A stretch of 63,975 bases of DNA, the filler included, from Hyphochytrium catenoides (Eukaryota; Protista; Hyphochytriomycota): NCBI GenBank assembly GCA_900088475.1. It is 11 parts of 11 records of this genome, joined end to end, with 100 filler letters (N's around TTAATTAATTAA, not from the genome) between each part and the next. Parts side by side here need not be neighbours in the genome. Positions count along the whole stretch, not along the records: positions 43,356 to 54,722 come from FLMG01001346.1; positions 54,823 to 57,248 come from FLMG01001700.1; positions 57,349 to 58,878 come from FLMG01004368.1; positions 58,979 to 61,675 come from FLMG01003306.1; positions 61,776 to 63,975 come from FLMG01000608.1; 6 more parts are not named here. One strand, given 5' to 3'. The notes under the pieces were generated by a model. The model saw only the letters and a list, made by a program, of their open reading frames with translations, was not told where the DNA came from and did no database searches. This document shows positions 51,496 through 62,442 of this stretch, in pieces. The stretch's first letter is position 1. Every line of letters starts with the position of its first letter. The translations under genes were made by a program, and so were the position numbers.

Positions 51496-51649
51496 TTTTG
51501 CAGCCCTTTCTGCATCTCTATCTCTTCGTTATCTATCGTGACGGCTCTAAAAGAAGTCTTTGTGTCACTCTGTCTCGCTGCTGTCCCTCCATCTCTCTAA
51601 CTCTTTCGCCCCTTCCCTCCCCCGCTTTCCTCCGTCTCTCTCATGTCTT

Positions 51650-51692
<43 letters not shown>

Positions 51693-52002
51693 CAGCTGAG
51701 TTCTTCCCTCGCTTCTGTAATGGCTCTGCTAAGGTCAATCAGCCCAAAGAAGAGCCGCGCATCGCCCAATACCTCGCATATCTCTCCAAATATGGGACCA
51801 GGTTAGTGCTTCTCTCTGAGTCTCTCTCTCTTCCTTCTCCTTTCTCTTCCACCTTCTTCTTTTTCTCCCTCTAATCTCTCATTCTCTCTACATTCTCTCA
51901 TTCTCTCTACCATCTCTCTCTCTCTCTTTCTTATTACTATCTCCCCTTTTATCTCTCTTATGTCTGTCTCTTATCTTTTTTGCCTGCTCTCTTTTGTATG
52001 TG

Positions 52003-52055
<53 letters not shown>

Positions 52056-52205
52056 CCGCTCTCTCTCTCTCTCTCCCCCGCTCTCTCTGTCTCTCTCTCT
52101 CTCTGTCTGTCTTATATCGTGTTCCAATTCAATCTTCTTTTTCTCGCCTGCTCTTTGTTATTAGGATATAACGAAAAGATAAAGCGTCATATGACAGCAC
52201 TAACT

Positions 52206-52237
<32 letters not shown>

Positions 52238-52241
52238 TCTG

Positions 52242-52289
<48 letters not shown>

Positions 52290-53476
52290 CTATCCTTCAT
52301 TCTCTGTTCTCTCATCATCCCTCCCTCTCTCTTTAGTTGCGAGGAGATGGTGACGCAGAAGAGAAACTGTCTCTCTCTCCCTCCTCGCGTTTCAGTTGAC
52401 AGTCGTCTCCTTTGCGCTCACTGCCGAAATCTTTCGAATGAAGAATTGTGCAGCAGAGGACCAGACACGAAGATCTATTCGTGCTCTTTCGCGGGTGCGT
52501 CTCTCACTTCCGCTCTCTCTCTCTCTCTGTCTCTCTCTGTCTCTCTCTCTCTCTCCCTTTTTTCTTTTTTTTTTTACTCCTCTCCTTACCCCTCTCTTTG
52601 ACTGCTTTCTCTCTCTCTTTACTCTCCCTCTTGCCCTCTTCGGTCTAGAATTTTCTAACGAGCACATACTATCCGCAACTTTTCGCCTTCCTCCTCTCCC
52701 TCTCTCTCTTTGTCTCTCTCTCTTGGCCTTCTCTTTATCCTCTCCTCTCTTTTCCCTCTCTCTCTCTCTCTCTCTCTGCCCCTCTTCTCTCTCTCTCTCG
52801 CGGCCGTCTCTCTTTTTCCCTCCTCTCTTTTCCTTCTCTCTCTCCCCTTTCTTCTCTCCCTCTGTCTCTGTCTCTTCCGCTCCTCTTCTCCCTCTCTCTC
52901 TCCCTCTCTCCCCCTCTCTCTCTCTCTCTTTCTCTCTTTGCAGGGGCGTGCACGTACACAATGCTGGGTCCCGCTCCGAACCTTACAGACGGCTCTTCCT
53001 CTTCTCCCTCCTCCGACATCCCTCGCACCACGCTCTCCGCTGTCTGGGTAGACCTTGTTTACTTTAGCGTGAAAACAGGAGAGAGAGAGGGAGAGAAAGA
53101 GAGAGAGAGAGACTGGACTCTGATCACTGACTCTTCCTCGGATGGAGACTGTGCTCAGAAGAGAGACGCTCACTTTCTCGACAAAGAGGGAAAGATTGTG
53201 GAGCCTGGGCAAGATGATGAGAATCCGTGGTGTCAATCTCTCTCTTCTCTCACGTCGTGGGGGAGAGAAGAGAGAGAGAGAGAAGAGAAAGAGAGGAAAA
53301 AACGCGGACCCAGTGTCTTTGAGGCCACGATGACCTGGCCAGTGATTACTGCGCTTGTGATCTGCGTCGTGATCTCTGTCTCCAGTCTTCTTCTAGCGAT
53401 TTTCTTTCACTATCGCGGGCAGCAGCGGATGGCACTACGAGCCAGAGCAGCACAAAGACAAGGGGAAAGACGACAA

Positions 53477-53510
<34 letters not shown>

Positions 53511-53659
53511 CCGCAAGAGAGAGCAATGTCAGCTCGGCCTCTCAGGTGCCGATGGTGGAGGATCTCTCTTCTTCGACCACTTCTCTCCCTGCGGCGAGCA
53601 GCACTGAGCTTCTCACTCCTCGGACACCAGCTCAAAGACGCCCCAGAACTTCTCTTTGA
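50603..53659 (+). CDS. Orphan type I membrane protein with a Cys-rich ectodomain, about 4 exons
   Basis: N-terminal hydrophobic leader. Cys-rich exons (CGCGCPDPLCC, FCRN..YC, FCNG, CEE..NC..CAHC..LC..YSC, CTY, DC, WC) separated by CT-rich GT-AG introns. TM WPVITALVICVVISVSSLLLAIFF followed by a basic cytosolic tail. Confidence 0.7.
51232..51530 (+). repeat. Intronic tandem duplication, period about 160 bp
   Basis: ttaccgttctctccc(c/g)gtcgctatctgccca(c/a)aggtctctc...tcatct(c/t)ttgcag(t/c)cctttctgcatctctatc is present twice. Confidence 0.8.
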
Positions 53660-53705
53660 GAGAATCACGGGGAGGAGAGAGAGAAAAATATGAAGAGAGG
53701 AGAGA

Positions 53706-53737
<32 letters not shown>

Positions 53738-54822
53738 AGAAAGCTTCTATTGCACTCCTACACGCTTCCCAGTTGGCTAGCTCTCTCCATCAGTTGCGTA
53801 GTAGACTAGGTAAAGATTCTTTGTAAATACATCTTCGAGAGAAGAGAAAGAGAGAACAAAGAGAGAGAGAAAGAGAGAGAAGAAAGAAGTATGTGAGAAC
53901 GTACATCTGTGTGAAAAGAGAGAGAGAGAGACACGATAGCATACAACTGGGAAGCACGTATTCAGCTTGAAAAGAAGGGACCGGAACCTTACTCTATCTC
54001 AGTTGCACATTAAAGTAACGTATAAGAAGAGATCCTCTCTCCTATTGTCAGAGTCAAACCGTCATAGCATACGAAAGAAGATGGAAGAGAGAGAGAGAGA
54101 GAGAGAAGAACACAAGAGGAAGAACTTGGGGGCGAAAGAGAAGCTGTGGGTTAGGAGGATGAAGAGAGAGACGCTTGGAGAGTGGGAAGCAGCCAGACCT
54201 CGAACTCTTGCAAAGACGTGCGAGAATGAGTACTAGGTAGATCTAGAGAGTGAGGAGTAAGGCCGAAGAGAGAAAGAGAGAGAGAAGAGCGAGGCGGGGA
54301 GTGAGAGAGAGAGAGTGAGGGAGAGAAAGAGAGAAAGTGGAGAGAGAAAGAAGAGAGAAGGAAAGTGAGAGAAAAGAGAGGTTAATTAAAAGGTTAAGAG
54401 AGACAAGAAAAGCAGACAAGCAGCCTTTTAACAGAAGAGACACATCCAAGAGGGGAGATGGACGATAACATTAGACGGATGGATGGAAAAGAAAAAGCAA
54501 AGGAGGAGAGAGCAGACAAACTGTCTTAGAAGATAGACTGCAAAGAGCTTGCAGAGTTTTTCAGGTCGATTCCATTAGAGAAAGTGGCAGACATTTGACA
54601 GGCGTTAGTCTCTCTCTCTCTCTCTCTCAGTCTCTCTCTCCTTTGGCACTCTTGAGGCTTCTCCCTGTATGGTCGCAACCTTCTCTCCCGTCTCTTTCTC
54701 TAAATGAACCCAACTATCCCGCNNNNNNNNNNNNNNNNNNNNNNNNNNNNNNNNNNNNNNNNNNNNTTAATTAATTAANNNNNNNNNNNNNNNNNNNNNN
54801 NNNNNNNNNNNNNNNNNNNNNN

Positions 54823-54857
<35 letters not shown>

Positions 54858-54888
54858 TCTTTCCCCTGCTTATCTTCGCTTCTACAAG

Positions 54889-55311
54889 GAGAGGAGCAGC
54901 GACAACACACGATTAGAAAGGGAGAGAGAGAGACACACAGCGGAGAAGAAGGATGAGAGGAACGAGATCTTGAGAGGTAACGCCAAGAGAGAGAGAGAGA
55001 GAGAGAAGGAGCATGACGAACTGCTGCAGGTTAGCCGAAGATATTATCTTGTCAGGCAGACAACGAAGGAGAAGAGAAAGAGGGAACTTCTCAGGATGCT
55101 GGTCAAGGAAGAAGAGGAGAGATTCTCTCTCTGGATAATAGCAGTGCAGCGGTCGGGGGCAGGCGATAACATGGTAAAGAACGGGAAAGCGTGCGGGAGA
55201 GGAAAAGGCAGCACACAACTAAAAGAGAGAGAGAGAGAGAGAGGGAGGGAAACACAAAGAGAGGTGAGAGAGCGAGAACGAGAGGAGACAGAGACAGAGA
55301 AAGAGAGATAA
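54889..55311 (+). CDS. Probable terminal exon of an unknown protein
   Basis: CT tract plus acAAG acceptor, then an open hydrophilic frame (EHDELLQVSRRYYLVRQ..RELLRMLVKEEEERFSLWIIAVQR) ending at TAA 55311. Confidence 0.4.
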   Translation, partial: ERSSDNTRLERERERHTAEKKDERNEILRGNAKREREREKEHDELLQVSRRYYLVRQTTKEKRKRELLRMLVKEEEERFSLWIIAVQRSGAGDNMVKNGKACGRGKGSTQLKERERERGRETQREVREREREETETEKER

Positions 55312-56112
55312 AAAGAGAGAGAGAGAGAGAGCGAAGCCAACGCAACGCAAGACTTGCAGGTAACACGAGGCTCACACAGAGGAAGACGATGACGAGGGAA
55401 GAAAGGGGAAGGGGACGACGAAGCAGCAAAGACAGAAGAGAGCGAGCTGAGGGAAGGGAGCGAGAGAGAGAGAGAGAGANNNNNNNNNNNNNNNNNNNNN
55501 NNNNNNNNNNNNNNNNNNNNNNNNNNAGAGAGAGAGAGGGAGAGAGGAGAGAAAAGTCAGGTATTCTAAGAACTTCAAAGAACGAGAGACCAAGATCCCT
55601 GCAATCTACCGAAATTAGCCCTTTCCCAAGTGATGTGCCAATTCTAATAATTAAATTCGAAGAGATTTGGAAGAATTCGTGAGGAATGGCTAAGCCCATG
55701 TCTCTAACTTCCTCTATTTTCTGGTTTAGGGACCCAAAGGACCGAAGGAGAACAATTAAGATGATTACTATCGGATCCGAGTTTGAGTGTAGGATATACA
55801 CATTAAAATCTAGCCTTTTATGGTGAAGAACAAATAAGAGTGTCAAGAGATATGCGGGACCGAGGACCTTGGGTTCTATAAGGGTCAGAATCGGGCTTCC
55901 AGAGATCTTAGGAACACAGAGAGAGAGAGAGAGAGAGAGATGACAGAGAGAGAGAGACAGAGAGACAGAGAGAGACAGAGAGAGAGAGAGAGAGGATGCG
56001 AACTGCGAAGAGACAGGATGACACTTAGAAGTGGATCTTCATCTTTTGTTTTCCTGAAAGCACGAGACAGCAGTAAATTCACTCTTCCGCTCGTGCTGAG
56101 AAAGTGACGGTG

Positions 56113-56806
56113 ATGCTGCGAGTGGCGCCTTCTCCAGCGCGCTTCTTCTCTTCTAGATCTCTTTCAAGGAGTTCTGTCTCTTCTTCTACCTCCCCAAGGC
56201 CGGCCTCGTCTTCCTCTCTCCCTTCCGTCTTCCGAGGCGATTATCAAAGGACTGGTATTGTTCATCCTTCGCTCGGAGGAAGAAGGAGAAGGTGAGTTGC
56301 AGCTGCCTCAAATCTTTTCTTACCGAAGGGTTTGGTCTACCTTTCTCATTCTCTCTTTCTCTCTCTCTCTCTCTTTCTCTGTCTCTCTCTCGCTCCCTCT
56401 CTCCTTCCCTTCTGTAGACTCTTATTGCTGACATCGACGGGTTTCTCTCTCTTTTCCCTCTCTCTCTCTCCTCCTGTTAGAGTCTTGTTGCTAGCACCAT
56501 GGCACTAGAGCGGCCCTCCTCTCTCTTTTTCTCGCTTTCTCCTCCTTTCGCTCATTGCATTTAAAGGCTTAATCAACTCTCTCTTTTTCTCTTTGTCTTT
56601 TCCTGCCTGTCGTCTAACCCCTGTCTCTTTGTCTCTCTTTCTTTGTGTCTCTCTCTAGTTTCCAGATTCTCCATCAGCAAGCGATGTCAAGTTTGGCCGA
56701 GAGGAGCTCTTCTTCTCTCTCTTCCCCTCTCCAGATTCTGAGATTCTGGTTCGGACCTCACTATCCTAAGGAGGTTATAGGCAACCAGAGTAGGAGATTC
56801 CCTCTT

Positions 56807-56845
<39 letters not shown>

Positions 56846-56962
56846 TTCTCTCTCTTTCTTTCTCTCTCTTTTTCCTCTTGTCTTTCCTCTGCTGATCTCA
56901 TTCCTCCTGCTACTCTTCTCTTTGTAGCATGGTCTTTCTTTCCTGCCTAGCTGTTTCTCTTT

Positions 56963-57015
<53 letters not shown>

Positions 57016-57248
57016 GTCTCTCTCTTTGTTCGGTCTCTGCCTCTTAATGTCTTTACTTCTTTTAGGTCTCTGGTTTGGCGCCTCTCCTGCTGTAGATGCC
57101 GAGATCCGAGAGAAGTTTGGGTCAACGGTCGAGGCGGCGATCTCAGGCTCTCTCCCTTCAAACTGGGGAGAGAGAGAGAGAGAAGAAGAGAGAGAGGACG
57201 GCCAGTTGGACGATGTTCAGGTCAAGCTTGCGGAGATAATTCTTTTGG
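56113..57248 (+). CDS. DUF924-family protein, 5' part with organellar-type presequence, truncated
   Basis: Exons read QILRFWFG, LWFGASPAVDAEIREKFG..VEAAISGSL..W and LAEIILL(D), the typical N-terminal pattern of DUF924. The leader is Arg/Ser-rich. Confidence 0.8.
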
Positions 57249-57348
57249 NNNNNNNNNNNNNNNNNNNNNNNNNNNNNNNNNNNNNNNNNNNNTTAATTAA
57301 TTAANNNNNNNNNNNNNNNNNNNNNNNNNNNNNNNNNNNNNNNNNNNN

Positions 57349-58257
57349 GAGTCGGACCTCTTCTCTCAACAAGAAATACCGAAGTCACTCAATAATCTTT
57401 GTTTCTTCTCTCACTCTATACCGCGTATTGCTGAGCGCCCGAGGAGCTCCACCGACAGTGTGGAAGCCGCTATAAAAAATATGAAGCACCTGATGGGACA
57501 AGAGATCCTCATATCTTGGACCTTATTCTGGAGCGTCCTTTATGAGCGCGTCACCCAGGAACAAAGCCTGATAGCGCAAACTATTCGCGATCGTTTGCCA
57601 AAGGAATCTCCAGTGGCTGCTGAACAAATAATTGACCCTGACGACAAGTGGAGCAACCGAAAGGAGGCGGGCCGCAGGGCTGCTTTTCAAGGCTTACGAA
57701 AGCAGAAAAGTCAAAAGATTAGATTGGTGAAGGTCTACCGACACCTATGTGCTCAGCATCTAGGTAGCTTCAGTTCAAAGGAGCTCTTTACGGAGCTCAC
57801 AGAGCTGGAGTCCCGAATGAGCGATAGGCAGAAAGAAGAAGAAGGATGGCTTATGTTTTCCCTAACAACTCTCTACCGATTTCTTAACAAGGAGGACCCA
57901 TACGTTCCTCGAAAAGGCAGGAAACTAGTCGCACTCTGGCTGGAAACTGTCATTCGGGAATATGATCTGCAGAAGGTAACTAGTGATGAGGATGATGATC
58001 AAGCACAAGACTCAGATGATGACCCTGCTGAGGAAAGAGAGGTGGACAAGGACAGCTCAGTGGATGACGCTCCTTCTTCGATGACCTCCTCGGCGATCAT
58101 AGAGGAGACGGAAGCAATCCTGGCTAAGAGAAGGAGGTGGGGCGAAAGGAAAGAGGAGGAGAAGAAGAAACACTATCAAGCAGCAGCTGATGGTTTCCCC
58201 AGCAATGGTCGACCGTCCGTCGTCAGTAGGAAGGATGGCAAGCTATTTGCTCTTTGA
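57349..58257 (+). CDS. C-terminal part of an orphan protein (frame open from the scaffold start); helical domain plus acidic tail
   Basis: About 300 codons open with natural composition; possible HTH segment FSLTTLYRFLN..KLVALWLE. Confidence 0.65.
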   Translation, partial: ESDLFSQQEIPKSLNNLCFFSHSIPRIAERPRSSTDSVEAAIKNMKHLMGQEILISWTLFWSVLYERVTQEQSLIAQTIRDRLPKESPVAAEQIIDPDDKWSNRKEAGRRAAFQGLRKQKSQKIRLVKVYRHLCAQHLGSFSSKELFTELTELESRMSDRQKEEEGWLMFSLTTLYRFLNKEDPYVPRKGRKLVALWLETVIREYDLQKVTSDEDDDQAQDSDDDPAEEREVDKDSSVDDAPSSMTSSAIIEETEAILAKRRRWGERKEEEKKKHYQAAADGFPSNGRPSVVSRKDGKLFAL

Positions 58258-58978
58258 TAACCACAAGATCTCAATAAAGCAGACTTCTACTTATCAAAAA
58301 GCTTTTCCCGCCTCTCGTTGTGATGGACAACATTATTGAAGACGCACATCCTGCCGAAAATCCTTCATGGCATGCTGCTGGGTACTTCTCCTGATGAAGA
58401 CCTCATCAGCCTGATAGTCTTTCCATTTTTCCTGCTGGTGCTCCCTCCTCTGCGATCTTCAATGGTACTACTTCCTATTCATGCTCTCGCTGCTCCATCA
58501 GCAGCCCACAACTAGCGCTACTTACTGTCTAGTAGTAGCATCAGTGCATCAGCGACGGCGGAGAAAGACCGCCGACCCACGCTATGACGCTACGAAGAAG
58601 GAGAATAGAAGAAGCCGAGTATGATTGGCTGCAGCAAAGCAGTTTTGAAATCATTCAATCGCAGCGTTTCCAAGACATCCAGAAACAGAACTCCGCTTAT
58701 CACCGATCGCAGAGATCCGTTGTAGAGAATGTATATTGTCGTATGTGGAAATCTCTGTAGAGCAGAGAGTTCAGTGTACCATGTGAAATGCTCTACCCAT
58801 GGACAAACAATAATCATCACCAAAGTCGCAGAATCAGAATAGGTTCAGACAGAGACAGAGAGAGAGAGAAAGAGAGAGNNNNNNNNNNNNNNNNNNNNNN
58901 NNNNNNNNNNNNNNNNNNNNNNTTAATTAATTAANNNNNNNNNNNNNNNNNNNNNNNNNNNNNNNNNNNNNNNNNNNN

Positions 58979-61674
58979 AGCTGAGGCATGAGAAAGCGTG
59001 ACGGTATCCTCCGGGTCACCCTCACTACTGACGGTTGTAATGGGGCTTGTTCGTTCCTGCCTATGGTCCTCTGTGGCTGAGGAGTAGATGCATGCGCTGT
59101 CCGGCAAGTCCTCTGACGATAAACCGGGACCTCTGAAGCTTGGCGTCAAGTTCTCTGAGACTGAAAGGTTGCCTTTTGGTGTCCGGTTATGTCTTAGCTC
59201 TTGTTTCTCGTTCGGTCTTTGTATCGTTTCTTGATACTCTTGCTCGTGCTGTGTATCTGACGAACGGGAAGGCAAGAAAAGTGGAGAAGGTAACACGTCA
59301 CGCGAAGGTAAAGCCTGGGAGGTAAAAATTCTGCAAATCGCCTCTTACCGTCAGACCCGGCAACTGCTACTACTGTAACGCCCGCCGCCTGGGCTGCAGC
59401 AGGGCCGGCCCCTCGACAGACAAGAGCTCCGTCCAATGCACAATCGGAAGCGGATCTGCCAGCTGTAAGCCCACCCTGTTCCCTGGTAGAAAGCTCATGT
59501 TCTTCTGAAGTCGGCAGAAACTGGAGCGATGCGTCCTCGATGCTGGCTCCTACCGAACCTGCAGCAATCGAATCGGAGGGAGAAGCAGATGCAAGAGGTA
59601 CTGGCTGCTCGGCGCAGATTCCATTGCCGATGTCACTGGCTAGAAGCTCCAGAATGACCTTAGTGCGCGTAGAGACATTGTTTGTGATACTCGCAGCAGT
59701 TCCTAGGACATCCGCCCGGCCATCTTGGCCCTGAAATGGTAGTGCTAGATCCTGACACAAAGTAGTGGAGCGTTTCAAGTCCTCTGCCAGGACCTGCTCT
59801 TGAGGGTTCTCGCCATGAGGCTCTGATTCAACTACCACTGAGTTATTAGGACCGTCAAGATGAGAGACGGAGCACTCATGCGAGACGCAACTCTTATTAC
59901 CTAATTGGGTATGGGAAGGCACTTGAAGTGTGGCTCTTGTCTCGTCGTGGCTCGCGGCATCATTGGTGACTCCATCTATGGATTGCTCTTCCATCTCTCT
60001 GTTTTCAACCATAACCTCGGTTGCACAGCTCTGTGACGGTACCTTCCCGTCCAATTCGACACTCTCTAACAGAAGCGCCGGTCTAGCGGAGTACTTCTCG
60101 CGGCCTTCGTTGCTGTCTTTGTGGGCTTTAGAGTCACCCTCGACCAGAGGACCGTCAGACGACGTTTGATCACCCTCCACGGGCTCTGCTGCAGAAGAGA
60201 GGAGGAGTGAGAGACTTGTGAGTAAGCGCCGCGCTTACAAAGACGTTCTCAAGAGAAGTTAGAGGTGTGTGGCCACCGAGCTCCTTGCTTGTTGACATGC
60301 CACTTTGAAGTACACAAGAACCCCTCAAGTTGCTTTGGCTATGTTATCGTTGTACGTATACTAACCCTGTGTGAAGATGGATAGACTCACCTTCTTCGCT
60401 GATCAGCAGTACGAGCGCATCCGGGGATCCAGCACCTTTCGCGGTGCAACTCAGAGAGCTAAGCTGTTGTGAGGATGACTCAAGAGAAACGATCTCAGGT
60501 GCGGTTGCAGCTGTCCATTCTTCAAGGAGATCCGCAGGCGGAGGAATGGATTCGGCGATGGCTCCCGTTTGAGGAAGGTTGGTCTGAGTCTTGGTGACCC
60601 CACACGCGCCACCTGGTGGATTGCCTTCATCTGGTGAAGCCGTTGAGTGAGAGCGAAAAGGGGAGGATGAGGGCAGGAGAGTACGAGGACGTCAAGTTTA
60701 ACGGCAAACAGATTGTTGGTTAAGGGTCGTACCTGGTAAGTGGATTCCTATGTGCAGAGAAGACTCCACTTGTTTGTGTTCATAATCCTCCGTCAAGAGG
60801 GCAGATATGGAGCAAACCCTACTGGCGGTCGTCAGAGTGGCAACGTCTGGGGTTACAGCGGGCTTCCTTGGCTGGGCGTCGGATTCCTCTGTCGTTTCTG
60901 GAGCCACTTGCAGCAAAGTGGCGGTAACCAACGACATGAACGACTCCGCACTGTCTTGAATACTGGGAAGCTCGTCCCCTGTTGGAGCTGGCAACAGAAG
61001 GGGCGATTGCTCGATACTGGCTGACAAGAGGTTTGCAGCGATGGTATCAAAAGGAGAAGCCAATTGAAGTTCTCCCATCGGTTTTGGGCAGGAGGCATGG
61101 ATACTCAGGTCGGGGTCGGTCAAGAGAGCCAGAGTAGACTGACGGGGAGATACAGTCCTGTTGGTGTTAGTGAATGTCTTAGCTGACACTTTGTCTGCAG
61201 CTTGTTCCTCTCCCTGGGATGGTCGTGATGGATCCACCTCAACGTCCCCTGAAATGGCATGCTTTATGGCCATCTCTTGCACCGAACCTGAATATTGCTG
61301 GTAAGAAGAAAGTCGTATGGAAATGTTTTGAGGGCATCCTCCTCCTTACCTTCTAGGTCTCTAGCTGAGGCATGAGAAAGCGTGACGGTATCCTCCGGGT
61401 CACCCTCACCATTGAGGGTTGTAATGGGGTTTGTTTTCTGCTGCTTATGATGCACGTCTGACAACACACAGGCAGCCACAGGCTCAAAGGGAGAGAGATG
61501 TTCAACATCAGATTGGCAGCTGACAATGGAACTGGTGGGACTATCTAACTCAGCTGAGAGCGGCCCATCTTCAGTTGCGCCTTCAACAGCTCTCCTTGCT
61601 GCCAAAGGATGGTCCTGAGCCTGATTCCCGGCGTCGAGCTTGGGCTGAGACGTCCAGCTAAGGGACTCTTCCAT
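58979..61674 (-). CDS. Internal fragment of a large low-complexity (S/E/A/P/D/T-rich) disordered protein, multi-exon, with an internal peptide repeat
   Basis: Successive ORFs linked by short GT-AG introns (about 61349-61288, 60732-60631, 60390-60189, 59348-59257). PITT...EGDPEDTVTLSHASA occurs twice (about 61363-61430 and 58979-59045). Confidence 0.65.
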
Positions 61675-62370
61675 GNNNNNNNNNNNNNNNNNNNNNNNNN
61701 NNNNNNNNNNNNNNNNNNNTTAATTAATTAANNNNNNNNNNNNNNNNNNNNNNNNNNNNNNNNNNNNNNNNNNNNGTCTGTTGGGACAGCATTTCGGCGG
61801 GAAGTCCAGAAGCGGCAGTCCTCTAAGGAGAAATTAAATCATTCCAACTCCCTCGACAACACCATTTGGGCTAGCTATCGCTGCATGAAAAGCAATTAAA
61901 AAGCGATTAGCTTTACAGTTGGCGTCAGAAATATACGTGAAACATTCGAAGGATTCATCAAAGTAACGCTTGCTTATTGCCTTTGAATCTTTCAAAGGTT
62001 GCTCACATTCAAAAGAGCGTTACACCAGATGGGCAAAGGTCATTTTGTGATTTTGTGCCCTACCAAAAAACCCCTTCAGACACTGATCGCCCACCCCCCT
62101 CCTGTAAATCAGTAGCAGCCCACCCATCCCTCTCAATCTATGTGTGTATTGTCGTATTGTCCTGGTCCCACTGTGTAGGAGGCGCTCTGTCTCTGTCTCG
62201 TAGAGAACTAAATGGCTGCTCTCCCTCTGTTCACCTTCTCGATCTTTCTGCTCTGCTCTCTCTCTTCTGAATGAATATCAGTGACAGGGCAAGAAGAATG
62301 AGACTCTCTCTCTCTCTCTCTTCCTCTCTCTCTCTCTCTTTCTCTTTCTCTCTCTCTGTCTCTGTCTCTC

Positions 62371-62442
<72 letters not shown>

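Larger units (their letters stand above)
30269..57248. repeat. Dense (CT)n/(GA)n microsatellite and polypyrimidine tracts filling introns and intergenic DNA; also 12200-21950 and 62300-62440
   Basis: Directly visible. Many internal N gaps fall inside these tracts. Confidence 0.95.

Noticed and set aside
30212-57304. Numerous ORFs rich in SLSLSL or ERERER
   Set aside because: They are translations of intronic or intergenic (CT)n/(GA)n tracts that simply lack stop codons.
21994-61731. Recurrent TTAATTAATTAA as a biological motif, and any gene cluster spanning these points (e.g. LpxK with the TIG protein or acyl-CoA oxidase)
   Set aside because: The motif is always embedded in Ns, so it is an assembly linker and the neighbouring pieces are not known to be adjacent.
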